A DNA stretch of 64,000 nucleotides from Escherichia coli (lineage in GTDB: Bacteria > Pseudomonadota > Gammaproteobacteria > Enterobacterales > Enterobacteriaceae), in the NCBI RefSeq assembly GCF_050320075.1, contig NZ_CP190018.1. One strand, given 5' to 3'. Within the stretch, counting starts at the first letter, position 1. Each line of letters begins with the position of its first letter. Position numbers and translations under genes: made by a program. The notes beneath the pieces were generated by a model. That model saw only the letters and a program-made list of their open reading frames with translations. It was not told the DNA's origin and ran no database searches. Shown here piece after piece: positions 29,044-42,696 of this stretch.

Positions 29044-29526
29044 TTAACGGTGGGCGTTTTTCATGATACGCGCTTTATCCACCTGCCATTCGCGCTCTTT
29101 GATATCTGAACGTTTATCGTGCTGTTTCTTACCTTTGGCGACGCCGATTTTCACTTTGCACCAGGCATTTTTCCAGTACAGGGAGAGCGCCACTACGGTA
29201 TAGCCTTCTCGATTGACGCGACCGTACAATGAGTCCAGTTCGCGCTGGTTGAGAAGTAACTTGCGGGTACGGGTAGGATCGCACACCACATGCGTGGAGG
29301 CCACAGCCATTGGCGTGATGTTAGCGCCAAACAGAAATGCTTCTCCATCACGTAGAAGGACGTAGCTGTCGCTGATATTGGCTTTTCCTGCGCGCAGGGA
29401 TTTAACCTCCCAGCCTTGCAGGGCAAGTCCCGCTTCGAACTCTTCTTCGATAAAGTATTCGTGCCGGGCGCGCTTGTTAAGCGCGATGGTCGCTGAACCA
29501 GGTTTATGTGCTTTTTTCTTCGTCAT
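29044..29526 (-). CDS. smpB: SsrA-binding protein
   Basis: 160 aa, [29 protein letters not shown]... Confidence 0.95.
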
Positions 29527-29657
29527 AAGCGTCGTGAATCATCGGTAATCTGAAATCGAAAACACCCCATATCAATCCTGCGGGGGACAAGGCTCTATCT
29601 TAGCATGAACCCGATGTTACCCAGCGCCGGGATAGCGTTTTTTTTACAGCAGGATAA

Positions 29658-30134
29658 ATGATATTATTTGTTGGATTTTTGTTGATGGAAATTGTTATGC
29701 CTCAGATTAGCCGGACCGCACTGGTACCCTACAGCGCGGAGCAAATGTATCAGTTAGTGAATGACGTTCAGTCTTATCCTCAGTTTTTGCCGGGTTGTAC
29801 CGGAAGTCGGATTCTGGAGTCCACTCCTGGGCAGATGACTGCGGCGGTAGATGTCTCTAAGGCCGGGATCAGCAAAACGTTTACTACCCGCAACCAGTTG
29901 ACCAATAACCAAAGTATTCTTATGAATCTGGTGGATGGGCCGTTCAAGAAATTGATCGGTGGCTGGAAGTTTACGCCGCTGAGCCAGGAGGCGTGTCGTA
30001 TCGAGTTTCATCTCGACTTTGAGTTTACCAATAAGTTGATTGAACTCGCCTTTGGTCGCGTGTTTAAAGAGCTGGCGGCTAATATGGTCCAGGCTTTTAC
30101 GGTTCGGGCGAAAGAGGTTTACAGTGCCAGGTAA
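29658..30134 (+). CDS. ratA: ribosome association toxin RatA (polyketide cyclase/SRPBCC family)
   Basis: 158-aa ORF divergent from smpB. Confidence 0.85.
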
Positions 30135-30414
30135 AATTGCCGTTGAGGTGGCTTATGCGCTACCTGAGAAGCAGTACCTGCAGCGCGTGACGCTGCAGGA
30201 GGGCGCGACGGTTGAAGAAGCTATTCGCGCCAGTGGCTTGCTGGAATTGCGTACCGATATCGATTTAACTAAAAACAAAGTCGGCATTTACAGCCGTCCG
30301 GCAAAACTCAGCGATACCGTGCATGATGGCGATCGGGTGGAGATTTATCGTCCTCTCATTGCCGATCCGAAAGAGCTGCGCAGGCAACGAGCAGAAAAAT
30401 CAGCGAATAAATAA
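30124..30414 (+). CDS. ratB: RatB (YfjF) small protein
   Basis: 96 aa from GTG 30124 ([22 protein letters not shown]...), overlapping the ratA 3' end; ORF track gives a longer upstream start. Confidence 0.8.
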
Positions 30415-30427
30415 CAGACAGAAAAAA

Positions 30428-30450
30428 GGTGCTCATTGAGCACCTTTTTT
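30428..30450. terminator. bidirectional rho-independent terminator between ratB and bamE
   Basis: GGTGCTCA tt TGAGCACC stem with A6 upstream and T6 downstream. Confidence 0.6.
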
Positions 30451-30475
30451 AACGTCTTTGAGGGCAACTTTATGA

Positions 30476-30817
30476 TTAGTTACCACTCAGCGCGGGTTTG
30501 TTATCAATGTTGGTCAACACTCCGCTACTGTTAAAGGTCAGCGTCAGCGTTTGCTGCGTTACACCTTCATGACCTGGTTGCTGGCGGAAGACATAGAACC
30601 AGGTATTCGTACCAAATGGATCGGACATCAGCGGTGTACCCAATGCGTACGCAACTTGTTGTTGCGTCATGCCAACACGTATTTTGGATACGTCGTTAGC
30701 GGTCAGATAGTTCCCCTGGTTGATGTCAGGACGGTAAACCACTCGCTCCAGAGTGGAACAGCCTGCGGTCAACATCAATAGTACTGCTGCTGCAGCAGTC
30801 AGCGTTTTACAGCGCAT
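30476..30817 (-). CDS. bamE: outer membrane protein assembly factor BamE (lipoprotein)
   Basis: 113 aa with lipobox LTAGC. Confidence 0.9.
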
Positions 30818-30965
30818 AGTGATTTGATTCCTTTTCGGGCCCGAGCAGTACGTGGCTCATCTGTAATATGCCGATGATAATAGACCTTTCATCACTTTAA
30901 AACCTTTTGCTTTCCGGTCTTACGGCGTTTTGCTGTTTACTCTGACCGTGAAGCAGGAAAAAAGT

Positions 30966-32627
30966 TTACGCCGCAAGCAGTTCTTTCGCATTCGCCAGTG
31001 TGTTACGTGTGACTTCACTGCCACCAAGCAGGCGCGCCAGCTCTTGTAACCGCGCTTTTTTATCCAGGGATTGCATATGCGTTTCTGTCATCGCACCATC
31101 GGTTTCTTTGCTGACAAAATAGTGTTGATGACCACATCCCGCGACTTGTGGCAGGTGGGTAACACACATCACCTGAGTTGATTCGCCGAGTTGACGCAGC
31201 AGTTTGCCAACAACTGCCGCTGTTGGGCCGCTAATCCCTACATCCACTTCATCAAAAATCAGTGCCGGGGTTTCCATTTTACGCGCCGTGATGACCTGAA
31301 TTGCCAATGCGATGCGGGACAATTCACCACCGGATGCAACTTTGGCAATAGGCTGCATTGGCTGACCTGGGTTGGTGGTTACCCGAAACTCAATACGATC
31401 GGCACCGTCAGCGCCCAGGTGATGCTCGTCAAATTTAACATCAATCGTAAACTGCCCATGTGGCATAGAGAGTGCATGCATACTGTCGGTGATCAGCTGT
31501 GCAAGTTCTTCTGCATAGTGCTGGCGTTGCTGGTGTAACGCGCGCGCCGTTTCCAGTGCCTGCTGATGATGTTTCGTTACCGCCAGCGCGAGCGTTTCTT
31601 GTGAGTCGGCCTGATCGTCCAGTTGCTGCTGTTCTTCCAGTAGCGACTGGTAATACTGTGGCAATGCCTCAGGGCTGACGTGATGTTTACGTGCCAGCGA
31701 AATCTGTTTTGAGATGCGCTGTTCAAGTTCAAACAGTCGGTTAGGATCGAGGTCCAGACGATCGCAGTAGTGGCGCAGTTCATCGCTGGCTTCAGCAATC
31801 TGGATGGTAGCTTCTTCCAGCATATCAAGTACGCCGGACAGTTTGCTGTCCATGCCAATCAATTCGCTCACCAGTTGTTTAGCCGTGTAAAGCTGACTTT
31901 GCAGGTTTGCGTCTTCACCGTCGGCCATTACTGCCAATGCATTCTGGCTGGTAGTCAGCAATTGACCGCTGTTCGCCAGACGTTTGTACTCTTCGTCGAT
32001 TTGCTCAAACTCTCCGGGCTGCGGATTAAATTCGTTAAGTTCTTTTAATTGGTATTGCAGCAGTTCTGCACGGGCGGCGCGTTCCTGACTTAACTGTTGA
32101 TGATGCGCGAGGTCACGGCAGCTTTGATGCCACAACTGATAACGTGCGGTCATTTCCTGGAGTAGAGAGGTTTCATTGGCATAGCCATCAAGCAGGAATT
32201 TTTGGTGCTCGGGTTTGGTGAGTAACTGATGAGCGTGCTGACCATGGATCTGAATCAGCAACTGACCCAGTTCGCGCAGTTGTGAAAGAGGAACCGCTGT
32301 ACCGTTGATAAAACCACGGGAGCGACCATCGCTGCTGATTACGCGACGAAGCAAACATTCATGCCCGTCTTCAAGCTGGTTTTCTTCCAGCCAGCGCAGG
32401 GCCGCTGGCGTATCTTTCAGAGAAAAACGGGCGCACAGGTCGGCACGAGCAGCGCCGGTACGCACCATGTCGGCTTCAGCGCGACCACCGAGACAAAGGC
32501 CGAGGGCATCTATTGCAATAGATTTACCCGCGCCGGTCTCGCCAGTTATTACGGTCATGCCGCTATGAAAATCAATCTCAAGCTCACGAACGATAGCAAA
32601 GTTGCTGATGGTCAGTTGTGCCAACAT
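30966..32627 (-). CDS. recN: DNA repair protein RecN
   Basis: 553 aa, N-terminal Walker [12 protein letters not shown]-like coiled coil. Confidence 0.95.
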   Translation of the reverse strand: MLAQLTISNFAIVRELEIDFHSGMTVITGETGAGKSIAIDALGLCLGGRAEADMVRTGAARADLCARFSLKDTPAALRWLEENQLEDGHECLLRRVISSDGRSRGFINGTAVPLSQLRELGQLLIQIHGQHAHQLLTKPEHQKFLLDGYANETSLLQEMTARYQLWHQSCRDLAHHQQLSQERAARAELLQYQLKELNEFNPQPGEFEQIDEEYKRLANSGQLLTTSQNALAVMADGEDANLQSQLYTAKQLVSELIGMDSKLSGVLDMLEEATIQIAEASDELRHYCDRLDLDPNRLFELEQRISKQISLARKHHVSPEALPQYYQSLLEEQQQLDDQADSQETLALAVTKHHQQALETARALHQQRQHYAEELAQLITDSMHALSMPHGQFTIDVKFDEHHLGADGADRIEFRVTTNPGQPMQPIAKVASGGELSRIALAIQVITARKMETPALIFDEVDVGISGPTAAVVGKLLRQLGESTQVMCVTHLPQVAGCGHQHYFVSKETDGAMTETHMQSLDKKARLQELARLLGGSEVTRNTLANAKELLAA

Positions 32628-32712
32628 AGTTGTTTTCCTGTATGAAAAACCATTACTGTTATTGTGTACAGTATAAACTGGTTTTATATACAGTAAAGAG
32701 GCTGGCGTAAAA

Positions 32713-33591
32713 TTAGAATAATTTTTTTGACCAGCCGAGCTTGGTGCTTAATGTATTGAAATAACTGTAATCTTTCGGATGAATCAGATTCAGATGGTAA
32801 TCACAGCGACGAATCAGGACATCTTCACCTTCCTGAATCGGCAGTGCTATCTGGCTGTCGCAACTGATTTCCAGGTCGTTACGGCGATGCGAAAAACGCA
32901 GACGGATCGTGCTGCTGCTGTTTATCACCAGCGGTCGCGCTGACAACGTATGCGGGAACATGGGCACCAGGGTAATTGCATCCAGAGAGGGTGTCAGAAT
33001 AGGACCGCCCGCAGAGAGGGAATAGGCGGTGGAGCCTGTTGGCGTCGAAATAATCAGGCCATCAGAACGCTGAGAAAACGCAAAGATCTCGTCGATATAC
33101 ACTTCGAACTCAATCATATGCGCCACTTTGCCAGGATGAAGTACCACTTCGTTAATCGCCGTGCTGATGCGTTTCTGGCAATCTTGCTGACAAACTTGCG
33201 CTTCCAGCAAAAAACGTTTCTCGCTGATGTAGTGGCCTTCCAGCACATCGGCTAATTGTTGCTGGGCGTTATCGGGGTCAAGGTCAGTCAGGAAACCCAG
33301 GTTGCCACGGTTGATTCCAATAACTTTAATATCGTAACGGGCGAGTGTGCGCGCCGCGCCCAGCATATTACCGTCGCCACCAACGACTACCGCGAGATCA
33401 GCCAGTTGCCCAATCTCCGCGAGCGTGCCAGTTTTCACATTCTTCAGTTGCAGTTCGTGAGCGATTTGCTGCTCAACGATGACCTCGTAACCTTTTGTGC
33501 ACAGCCAGCGGTAGAGCATTTCATGTGTTGTCAGTGCAGTGGGGTGCCGTGGGTGTCCCACAATGCCAATACACTTGAAATGATTATTCAT
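32713..33591 (-). CDS. nadK: NAD kinase
   Basis: 292 aa with GGDGN motif. Confidence 0.95.
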
Positions 33592-33680
33592 TTTTCCGAG
33601 GTCCTTGTTGCGAAGATTGATGACAATGTGAGTGCTTCCCTTGAAACCCTGAAACTGATCCCCATAATAAGCGAAGTTAG

Positions 33681-34307
<627 letters not shown>

Positions 34308-34329
34308 TTTCTGTTTTCGTAATAAATAA

Positions 34330-34362
34330 CGGCCCAGCATGCGAATGCCGGGCCGTTTTTTT
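34330..34362. terminator. rho-independent terminator after grpE (convergent with yfjD)
   Basis: CGGCCC...GGGCCG stem followed by T7. Confidence 0.7.
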
Positions 34363-35623
34363 ACTCCGCCACACTCTCGCGCAGCGGTTTTACAGGAAAA
34401 ACTTTTACCTGCTTAATCATATTGTCCTGTACGTCGAGAATATCGATATCGTACTCGCCAATACGCACGCGGGTGCCTGCGACAGGGATCTCTTCCAGTG
34501 CCTCAAGAATGACGCCATTAACCGTGCGGGCATCATCTTCCGGTAGATGCCAGTTAAAGGCTTTGTTGATTTCCCGCACGTTGGCGGTGCCATCGATAAT
34601 CACCGAACCGTCGTTTTGCGGAGTGACTTCTTCGGCAAGTGTTGGCGACATCGACGTGGTGAAATCACCAACTATCTCTTCCAGAATATCTTCAACCGTC
34701 ACCAGCCCTTGAATGTCTCCATACTCGTTGACGACCAGGCCGACTTTCTTTTTGTTGCGCTGAAACTTCACCAACTGCGTGCTGAGGGGCGTACCTTCCG
34801 GGACAAAATAGATCTCGTCCGCGGCGCGCAGCATGGTTTCTTTGGTGAACTCTTTTTTCTCCGACATCAACCGCCAGGCTTCACGTACTCGCAGCATACT
34901 GATGGCGTCGTCCAGCGAATCACGGTAGAGCACGATGCGCCCGTGAGGTGAGTGGGATAGTTGGCGCAGAATCGATTTCCAGTCATCGTTGATATCAATA
35001 CCGATAATTTCACTGCGCGGCACCATGATGTCATCAACGGTCATCTTTTCCAGATCGAGCACCGACAGCAGCATATCCTGATTGCGACGGGAAATTTGTG
35101 AGCGCGATTCGTGCACGATAGTGCGCAACTCTTCTTTGCTCAAAGAGCCGCTAACCACGATATCGGTTTTGATACCCATCATGCGCATCAGCATACGGGT
35201 GATAGCATTCAGCAACCAGACCAGCGGCATCATCAAAATTTGCAGCGGAGCCAGCAGAAAACTACTCGGATAAGCGACTTTTTCCGGGTACAGCGCGGCA
35301 ATGGTTTTCGGCAATACCTCAGCAAAAACCAGTACGACAAAAGTCAGCACACCAGTCGCAATTGCCACGCCCGCATCGCCGTACAAACGCATCCCAACAA
35401 TAGTGCCGAGCGCGGAGGCAAGAATATTGACCAGGTTATTGCCGATTAACACCAGGCTAATCAGGCGGTCTGGCTTACGCAGCAATTTTTCGACGCGTTT
35501 GGCCGAGCGATTACCCTGTTTCGCCATATGTCGCAGACGATAGCGGTTGAGGGTCATCATTCCGGTTTCGGACCCGGAAAAATAGGCTGAAATGACCACC
35601 ATGATGATCAGAATAATGATCAA
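34361..35623 (-). CDS. yfjD: CorC/HlyC-family inner membrane protein with CBS domains (UPF0053)
   Basis: 420-aa ORF; the annotated start may lie upstream. Confidence 0.85.
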   Translation of the reverse strand: MIIILIIMVVISAYFSGSETGMMTLNRYRLRHMAKQGNRSAKRVEKLLRKPDRLISLVLIGNNLVNILASALGTIVGMRLYGDAGVAIATGVLTFVVLVFAEVLPKTIAALYPEKVAYPSSFLLAPLQILMMPLVWLLNAITRMLMRMMGIKTDIVVSGSLSKEELRTIVHESRSQISRRNQDMLLSVLDLEKMTVDDIMVPRSEIIGIDINDDWKSILRQLSHSPHGRIVLYRDSLDDAISMLRVREAWRLMSEKKEFTKETMLRAADEIYFVPEGTPLSTQLVKFQRNKKKVGLVVNEYGDIQGLVTVEDILEEIVGDFTTSMSPTLAEEVTPQNDGSVIIDGTANVREINKAFNWHLPEDDARTVNGVILEALEEIPVAGTRVRIGEYDIDILDVQDNMIKQVKVFPVKPLRESVAE

Positions 35624-35667
35624 CGTAGTAGTAGAAATGTGTTCCAGGGGAAACTCCTTTTCTGGGT

Positions 35668-36459
35668 TTAGCTGATTAACTGCTGGACAATTCGACTGCC
35701 GAAGTAGGCCAGTGTCAGAATGACTGCACCCGCAACGTTAAACCAGACGACGCGGCGTCCACGCCATCCTTCATGATAATGTCCCCACAGCAGCACAATA
35801 TAGACAAACCACGCCACGATAGAGAGCACAGCCTTGTCGATATTTTCCATGCTAAATAAGTTGTGCATGTAGAACAGGCCAGTGCAAAGCGTGAGCGTTA
35901 GCAGCACCACGCCAATCTGCGTGATGTGGAACATTTTACGCTCGATACTCATCAATGGCGGCATTTCCTGGTTAAACGCCAGTTTCTTGTTCTTCAGTTG
36001 GTAATCAATCCACGCCAGTTGCAGCGCGTACAGGGCGGCGATAATTAGCGTGGCATAGGAAAAGAGCGATAAGCCAATGTGCACCAGCATCCCAGGCGTT
36101 GCTTCCAGATGGGTGATGTATTCATTGGGCATGAAGGTCGCCAGCGCCAGGTTGATAAGCGCAAAGGCATAGACAATGGGTAGCAGCAACCAGCCACGAT
36201 TGCGAGAAGCCACAATGGTCATTACCGTACAGATCATCAAACTGACCAATGAACCAACGTTCAGCAGGCTGAGGTTTTGTCCGCTATCACCGTCGGGCAG
36301 GATGCGGGCTTCCAGAGCGATTGCGTGGCAGACCAGCGCAATGACCGCAGAAATAATAGCCATGCGCCGCCAGCCGCCGTTTTTTTGCAGCAGACCGGGA
36401 ACAATCAGCGCAAGACTGACGGAGTAGGCGACAAGCGCGAGCAGAGCAAAAACGGGCAT
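35668..36459 (-). CDS. ypjD: inner membrane protein YpjD (cytochrome c assembly-like family)
   Basis: ORF-track ORF 35668..36534; recalled 263-aa K-12 protein starts MPVFALLALVAYS at internal ATG. Confidence 0.8.
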   Translation of the reverse strand: MPVFALLALVAYSVSLALIVPGLLQKNGGWRRMAIISAVIALVCHAIALEARILPDGDSGQNLSLLNVGSLVSLMICTVMTIVASRNRGWLLLPIVYAFALINLALATFMPNEYITHLEATPGMLVHIGLSLFSYATLIIAALYALQLAWIDYQLKNKKLAFNQEMPPLMSIERKMFHITQIGVVLLTLTLCTGLFYMHNLFSMENIDKAVLSIVAWFVYIVLLWGHYHEGWRGRRVVWFNVAGAVILTLAYFGSRIVQQLIS

Positions 36460-36625
36460 AGTAATGTCGACAGTTTGAGCAATAAGAAAGAGAAGCAGTA
36501 TAGCGTCAGGTGAACGCTGCTCCAACCGTTGCATAACAACAAAGACGCCTTCATGTTATACTGCGGCAAAATACTGATGATGTGTCGCGATTGCGGCCAA
36601 CCGTTTCCACCCCAGGCGAGAGACA

Positions 36626-37987
36626 ATGTTTGATAATTTAACCGATCGTTTGTCGCGCACGCTGCGCAATATCAGTGGCCGTGGACGCCTCACTGAAGAC
36701 AACGTAAAAGATACGCTGCGCGAAGTGCGCATGGCGCTGCTGGAGGCGGACGTCGCTCTGCCGGTAGTGCGTGAGTTTATCAATCGCGTAAAAGAGAAAG
36801 CGGTTGGTCATGAAGTTAATAAGAGCCTGACGCCGGGGCAGGAGTTCGTCAAAATCGTCCGTAACGAACTGGTTGCGGCGATGGGCGAAGAGAACCAGAC
36901 CCTGAACCTGGCTGCGCAACCGCCTGCGGTCGTGCTGATGGCAGGCCTGCAAGGTGCCGGTAAAACAACCAGCGTTGGTAAACTCGGTAAGTTCCTGCGC
37001 GAGAAGCACAAGAAGAAAGTGCTGGTGGTTTCCGCCGACGTTTATCGCCCGGCGGCAATCAAACAGCTTGAGACGCTGGCAGAGCAGGTGGGCGTTGATT
37101 TCTTCCCTTCTGATGTTGGTCAGAAGCCGGTTGATATTGTTAACGCGGCGCTGAAAGAAGCCAAACTGAAATTCTACGACGTGCTGCTGGTGGATACCGC
37201 TGGTCGTCTGCACGTTGACGAAGCGATGATGGACGAGATCAAACAAGTCCATGCGTCGATTAATCCGGTTGAAACCCTGTTTGTGGTTGACGCCATGACC
37301 GGTCAGGATGCGGCCAATACGGCAAAAGCATTTAATGAAGCGTTACCGCTTACCGGCGTAGTGTTGACCAAAGTGGACGGCGATGCCCGCGGTGGTGCGG
37401 CGCTCTCTATTCGTTACATCACTGGCAAACCGATCAAGTTCCTCGGTGTTGGCGAGAAAACTGAGGCGCTGGAGCCGTTCCATCCGGACCGCATCGCGTC
37501 GCGTATTCTCGGCATGGGCGACGTACTGTCACTGATCGAAGATATTGAAAGCAAAGTTGACCGCGCGCAGGCAGAGAAATTAGCCAGCAAGCTGAAAAAA
37601 GGCGACGGCTTCGATCTCAACGACTTTCTTGAGCAGCTGCGCCAGATGAAAAATATGGGCGGCATGGCTAGCCTGATGGGCAAGCTGCCGGGCATGGGGC
37701 AGATCCCGGATAACGTCAAGTCGCAGATGGACGATAAAGTGCTGGTGCGTATGGAAGCCATCATCAACTCGATGACGATGAAAGAGCGCGCTAAGCCAGA
37801 AATCATCAAAGGTTCGCGTAAGCGTCGTATCGCCGCCGGTTGCGGGATGCAGGTACAGGACGTTAACCGCCTTCTGAAGCAGTTCGACGACATGCAGCGC
37901 ATGATGAAGAAAATGAAGAAGGGCGGAATGGCGAAGATGATGAGAAGCATGAAGGGGATGATGCCGCCGGGATTTCCTGGTCGCTAA
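36626..37987 (+). CDS. ffh: signal recognition particle protein Ffh
   Basis: 453 aa; GTPase motif GLQGAGKTT; Met-rich C-terminal M domain. Confidence 0.95.
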   Translation: MFDNLTDRLSRTLRNISGRGRLTEDNVKDTLREVRMALLEADVALPVVREFINRVKEKAVGHEVNKSLTPGQEFVKIVRNELVAAMGEENQTLNLAAQPPAVVLMAGLQGAGKTTSVGKLGKFLREKHKKKVLVVSADVYRPAAIKQLETLAEQVGVDFFPSDVGQKPVDIVNAALKEAKLKFYDVLLVDTAGRLHVDEAMMDEIKQVHASINPVETLFVVDAMTGQDAANTAKAFNEALPLTGVVLTKVDGDARGGAALSIRYITGKPIKFLGVGEKTEALEPFHPDRIASRILGMGDVLSLIEDIESKVDRAQAEKLASKLKKGDGFDLNDFLEQLRQMKNMGGMASLMGKLPGMGQIPDNVKSQMDDKVLVRMEAIINSMTMKERAKPEIIKGSRKRRIAAGCGMQVQDVNRLLKQFDDMQRMMKKMKKGGMAKMMRSMKGMMPPGFPGR

Positions 37988-38157
37988 TCGGCCTGGCTTG
38001 TTTGTCATTTTGGCACCGGGGTGTGCTCGTCATCCTCACGTACTGCGTGTACGCTCCGGTGACTGCGCGCACTCCGGCACCAAACTGGCTGCACCGCCGA
38101 CGGCCTTTTACAGCAGAGTTAGCAACTGTTGATTGCAATTTCCGCAAAAATGAGTAA

Positions 38158-38484
<327 letters not shown>

Positions 38485-38502
38485 TCTGTCACGGTGGTCA
38501 TG

Positions 38503-39051
38503 ATGAGCAAACAACTCACCGCGCAAGCACCTGTTGATCCCATCGTTTTGGGAAAAATGGGTTCGTCTTACGGTATTCGTGGGTGGCTCAGAGTGTTTTC
38601 TTCCACCGAAGACGCCGAAAGCATTTTTGACTATCAGCCCTGGTTTATCCAGAAGGCGGGTCAGTGGCAGCAAGTCCAGCTGGAAAGCTGGAAGCACCAC
38701 AATCAGGACATGATCATCAAGCTGAAAGGCGTTGACGATCGTGATGCGGCGAACCTGCTGACGAATTGTGAAATTGTCGTGGATTCATCGCAGCTGCCTC
38801 AGCTTGAAGAGGGGGACTACTACTGGAAAGACCTGATGGGCTGCCAGGTAGTAACCACTGAAGGCTACGATCTCGGTAAAGTCGTCGATATGATGGAAAC
38901 CGGATCTAATGACGTTCTCGTCATTAAGGCAAACCTGAAAGATGCGTTTGGTATCAAGGAACGTCTCGTACCGTTCCTCGATGGGCAGGTTATCAAGAAA
39001 GTCGATCTCACTACTCGTTCAATCGAAGTAGATTGGGATCCTGGTTTTTAA
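38503..39051 (+). CDS. rimM: ribosome maturation factor RimM
   Basis: 182 aa from ATG 38503 ([28 protein letters not shown]...). Confidence 0.9.
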
Positions 39052-39081
39052 ACCACCGGATAAACGGTAAAAGACGGCGCT

Positions 39082-39849
39082 ATGTGGATTGGCATAATTA
39101 GCCTGTTTCCTGAAATGTTCCGCGCAATTACCGATTACGGGGTAACTGGCCGGGCAGTTAAAAATGGCCTGCTGAGCATCCAGAGCTGGAGTCCTCGCGA
39201 CTTCACGCATGACCGGCACCGTACCGTGGACGATCGTCCTTACGGCGGCGGACCGGGGATGTTAATGATGGTGCAACCTTTGCGGGACGCCATTCATGCA
39301 GCAAAAGCCGCGGCGGGTGAAGGCGCAAAGGTGATTTATCTTTCACCACAGGGGCGCAAGCTTGATCAAGCGGGCGTCAGCGAACTGGCAACGAATCAAA
39401 AATTGATTCTGGTGTGCGGTCGCTACGAAGGTATAGATGAGCGCGTGATCCAAACCGAAATTGACGAAGAATGGTCAATCGGCGATTACGTTCTCAGTGG
39501 TGGTGAGTTACCAGCAATGACGCTGATTGACTCCGTTTCCCGGTTTATTCCGGGAGTACTGGGACATGAAGCCTCAGCAACGGAAGATTCCTTTGCTGAA
39601 GGATTGCTGGATTGCCCGCACTATACGCGGCCTGAGGTGTTAGAAGGGATGGAAGTTCCGCCAGTGTTACTGTCGGGCAACCATGCCGAGATACGTCGCT
39701 GGCGTTTGAAACAGTCGCTGGGCCGTACCTGGCTTAGAAGACCTGAACTTCTGGAAAACCTGGCTCTGACTGAAGAGCAAGCAAGGTTGCTGGCGGAGTT
39801 CAAAAAGGAACACGCACAACAGCAACATAAACATGATGGGATGGCGTAA
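39082..39849 (+). CDS. trmD: tRNA (guanine37-N1)-methyltransferase
   Basis: 255 aa, [29 protein letters not shown]... Confidence 0.95.
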   Translation: MWIGIISLFPEMFRAITDYGVTGRAVKNGLLSIQSWSPRDFTHDRHRTVDDRPYGGGPGMLMMVQPLRDAIHAAKAAAGEGAKVIYLSPQGRKLDQAGVSELATNQKLILVCGRYEGIDERVIQTEIDEEWSIGDYVLSGGELPAMTLIDSVSRFIPGVLGHEASATEDSFAEGLLDCPHYTRPEVLEGMEVPPVLLSGNHAEIRRWRLKQSLGRTWLRRPELLENLALTEEQARLLAEFKKEHAQQQHKHDGMA

Positions 39850-39887
39850 GCCCCCGAGATATCAGTTTACCCAGGATAAGAGATTAA

Positions 39888-40238
<351 letters not shown>

Positions 40239-40267
40239 GGTTTCGCTTAAGCGACATCCTGTTAAGA

Positions 40268-40297
40268 AGGGCTGGCCAATTGGCTGGCCCTTTTTTT
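40268..40297 (+). terminator. rho-independent terminator of the rpsP operon
   Basis: AGGGCTGGCCAATTGGCTGGCCCT hairpin followed by T7. Confidence 0.6.
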
Positions 40298-40314
40298 ATC
40301 TGTTTGCTCGTGTT

Positions 40315-40797
40315 TTAAGGGGTAGTAATCACCACTGCGACGCGGCGGTTCTCGGCGCGGCCCTGGGCGGTCTTGTTACTGGCTATGGGATATTTTTTTC
40401 CTAAACCCTGTGTGGTGAGATTGCTGCGCGGAATTTGTCCACCCATAGCCCATGCATCGGCCACGACATTCGCCCGTTTCAATGATAAGCCTTCGTTGTA
40501 ACTATCTTCACCATAGTTATCGGTGTGTCCATCCATACGGGCATGTGTTAGCCCTGTCGAGGCCAATTTGGCTGCCATGGTTTGGATCTGTTGCTGGCTT
40601 TCCGGGAGCAATTTGTAGTCATTTTTTGCGAACAGAATGGCATCTGATAAGCCCAGCGACCAGTCGCCGGCGGATTCAGTAAATCCATAAGATTGCATAG
40701 CGGCGACTTGCTCAGGAGTAAACTTTCCCTGAGGGGACTGGCAGCCAGTCAGTATTAGTGAGGTGAAAATCAGGGGTGCTACCAGGTGCTTTATCAT
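40315..40797 (-). CDS. yfiB: OmpA-family outer membrane lipoprotein YfiB
   Basis: 160 aa with lipobox LTGC and OmpA-like C-terminus. Confidence 0.9.
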   Translation of the reverse strand: MIKHLVAPLIFTSLILTGCQSPQGKFTPEQVAAMQSYGFTESAGDWSLGLSDAILFAKNDYKLLPESQQQIQTMAAKLASTGLTHARMDGHTDNYGEDSYNEGLSLKRANVVADAWAMGGQIPRSNLTTQGLGKKYPIASNKTAQGRAENRRVAVVITTP

Positions 40798-40812
40798 ATC
40801 GATATATCCTTG

Positions 40813-42039
40813 TTATCTCACCAGCTTTTCGGCACGCTGGTGTTTGGCCTGATACATATTGTGATCGGCAAGCTCTTGTAATTTTTCCGCAGAGGCGTGC
40901 TCAATGGTCATCGCGTAACCAATGCTTAATGTCATGGTGGTCTGATGGCCATTATGAAGATCAAACGGGAGATTAAAGATTTGTGTCAGTGCTGAGCATA
41001 TCTGCTGCACTTCAGATTCCGACTGTACATCATAGAGCACCATCGCGAATTCATCGCCGCCCAGGCGGTATGCTTTATGTCGCAGCCCGCCAAATTCAGC
41101 TAACCGTTTTGCTACCTCAATCAAGACACGATCGCCCGTCGCATGACCCCAGGTATCATTGATATATTTGAAATTATCGCCATCAAGAAATAGTAACGCC
41201 GACGTTTTTCGGGCATCGGAATTGTTCATCAACGTATTGATACCGCTACGAAACGCTGCGCGGTTAGCCAGCCCGGTTAATGGGTCATGTAGCGCGGTAC
41301 GCAGAAGCTGCGCATTTTTGGCCTGTAAACGAAGCTGCCACTCTTCCATTTCATCCAGCAGACTGTTGAAGTCGAGAGCGAAGCGGTGAAACTCTGCGAT
41401 ACGTTCTTCCGAAACTCGTCGGGAAAAATTGCGGTTGGAACGCACATCATGTACGACATCGGTGATGTTTTTTAACGCTTCAACCAGACCATTGTGCAAA
41501 TGGCGGGTGAGGGTAATTGCGATGCCTGATGCCAGCAGAATGCAGGCGGTCAGGACAGCGAGCGAAAACCAGATGAAATGGCTGATTGAACTGTCGCGAG
41601 CGGTTAAGCGAACTTCGCCAATGGTTTCACCATTGTGACGAATCGGCTGAACGATGGGGGCAGGGAAGAGCCAGTGGCTTATGAAATTACTGAAAGTATC
41701 GCCTGGATCCTTACGGGTGTAATGCCAGGATGCCAGAATATTTTGCTGCTTATCACGCACTTCTGCAGTTGAAAATTGGCCTTGCTGCCCCAGCGCTGCC
41801 AGTGTTTCAGTTGCTGCAGAGCCATCGGCAAAAACGACCGCTGCTTCCAGACTGTAAGTCATTGTTGCTGCTGTCAGTGCCAGGTTTTTTTGCGCGTACT
41901 GTTTCAGGGTCAGCACCGAGGTCACGGAAAGCAGCAACCAGATCAGCATCATAGTGATAAATATGCTGGTCATACTGATGTTGCGTAATGCTCTTTTAAA
42001 CGTGGGGCGCTTATTAAGAGAATTATCGTTATCCATCAT
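40813..42039 (-). CDS. dgcN: diguanylate cyclase DgcN (YfiN), membrane-bound GGDEF protein
   Basis: 408 aa, HAMP-like region then GGDEF (RLGGDEF). Confidence 0.9.
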   Translation of the reverse strand: MMDNDNSLNKRPTFKRALRNISMTSIFITMMLIWLLLSVTSVLTLKQYAQKNLALTAATMTYSLEAAVVFADGSAATETLAALGQQGQFSTAEVRDKQQNILASWHYTRKDPGDTFSNFISHWLFPAPIVQPIRHNGETIGEVRLTARDSSISHFIWFSLAVLTACILLASGIAITLTRHLHNGLVEALKNITDVVHDVRSNRNFSRRVSEERIAEFHRFALDFNSLLDEMEEWQLRLQAKNAQLLRTALHDPLTGLANRAAFRSGINTLMNNSDARKTSALLFLDGDNFKYINDTWGHATGDRVLIEVAKRLAEFGGLRHKAYRLGGDEFAMVLYDVQSESEVQQICSALTQIFNLPFDLHNGHQTTMTLSIGYAMTIEHASAEKLQELADHNMYQAKHQRAEKLVR

Positions 42040-42547
42040 TTTTCTTCCGTGCGAGCATCAAGACATCCGGGTTGACCTTTACACCGCTACGCGATAAGGC
42101 ATCCAGGTTTACGGCAAATCTGACGTCATTATTGTGGATGATCAGACAAAAGGCGCTACCAATAATGCACTCGGTATTTTGTTCGGCAATTAATAATAAC
42201 GCCTTTGACGGATATTGTTCGGTTAATTCCATCTGGAATGTCGGTGACTCGTTGCCAAAATAAAAACCATTGCAGCCTGAAATCATCGCCTCTTGTTGAG
42301 TGTGAATGATGACAGGCAGATAAGGCAAAGATGTCGTACCATTCTCTTGTAGGGCGTTACTAAAATGTGAAGATGAAAAGATACATAACTTTGGTGGCCC
42401 TGATAGCGCAGGCCAGCGGGTGTAACTGACAATACCTGAAACCATCATACGCACGTTTTTCGCAACGTCAGAAGGTTCCTGAGCGAGTATTGGTGCTCCC
42501 GTCAGCAGGAGAATCAGCAGTAAGAACAGTCGGTGAGAAAAACGCAT
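42029..42547 (-). CDS. yfiR: periplasmic repressor of DgcN, YfiR
   Basis: 172 aa with signal peptide [22 protein letters not shown]; overlaps dgcN start. Confidence 0.9.
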   Translation of the reverse strand: MRFSHRLFLLLILLLTGAPILAQEPSDVAKNVRMMVSGIVSYTRWPALSGPPKLCIFSSSHFSNALQENGTTSLPYLPVIIHTQQEAMISGCNGFYFGNESPTFQMELTEQYPSKALLLIAEQNTECIIGSAFCLIIHNNDVRFAVNLDALSRSGVKVNPDVLMLARKKNDG

Positions 42548-42696
42548 TCAGGGATCCTCACCATCTTCGCTCGAAATGCATCGATATTTTTTCAGAATGC
42601 TCATTAAAATATCATTCTTTCATGCGGTCGTCATCAATGTGAGAAATAAAACACAATGAGTAGAATCTCATGTTTAATTTATTTGTGGGGGGTTAA

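Noticed and set aside
36638-37252. 204-aa minus-strand ORF
   Set aside because: Antisense inside ffh
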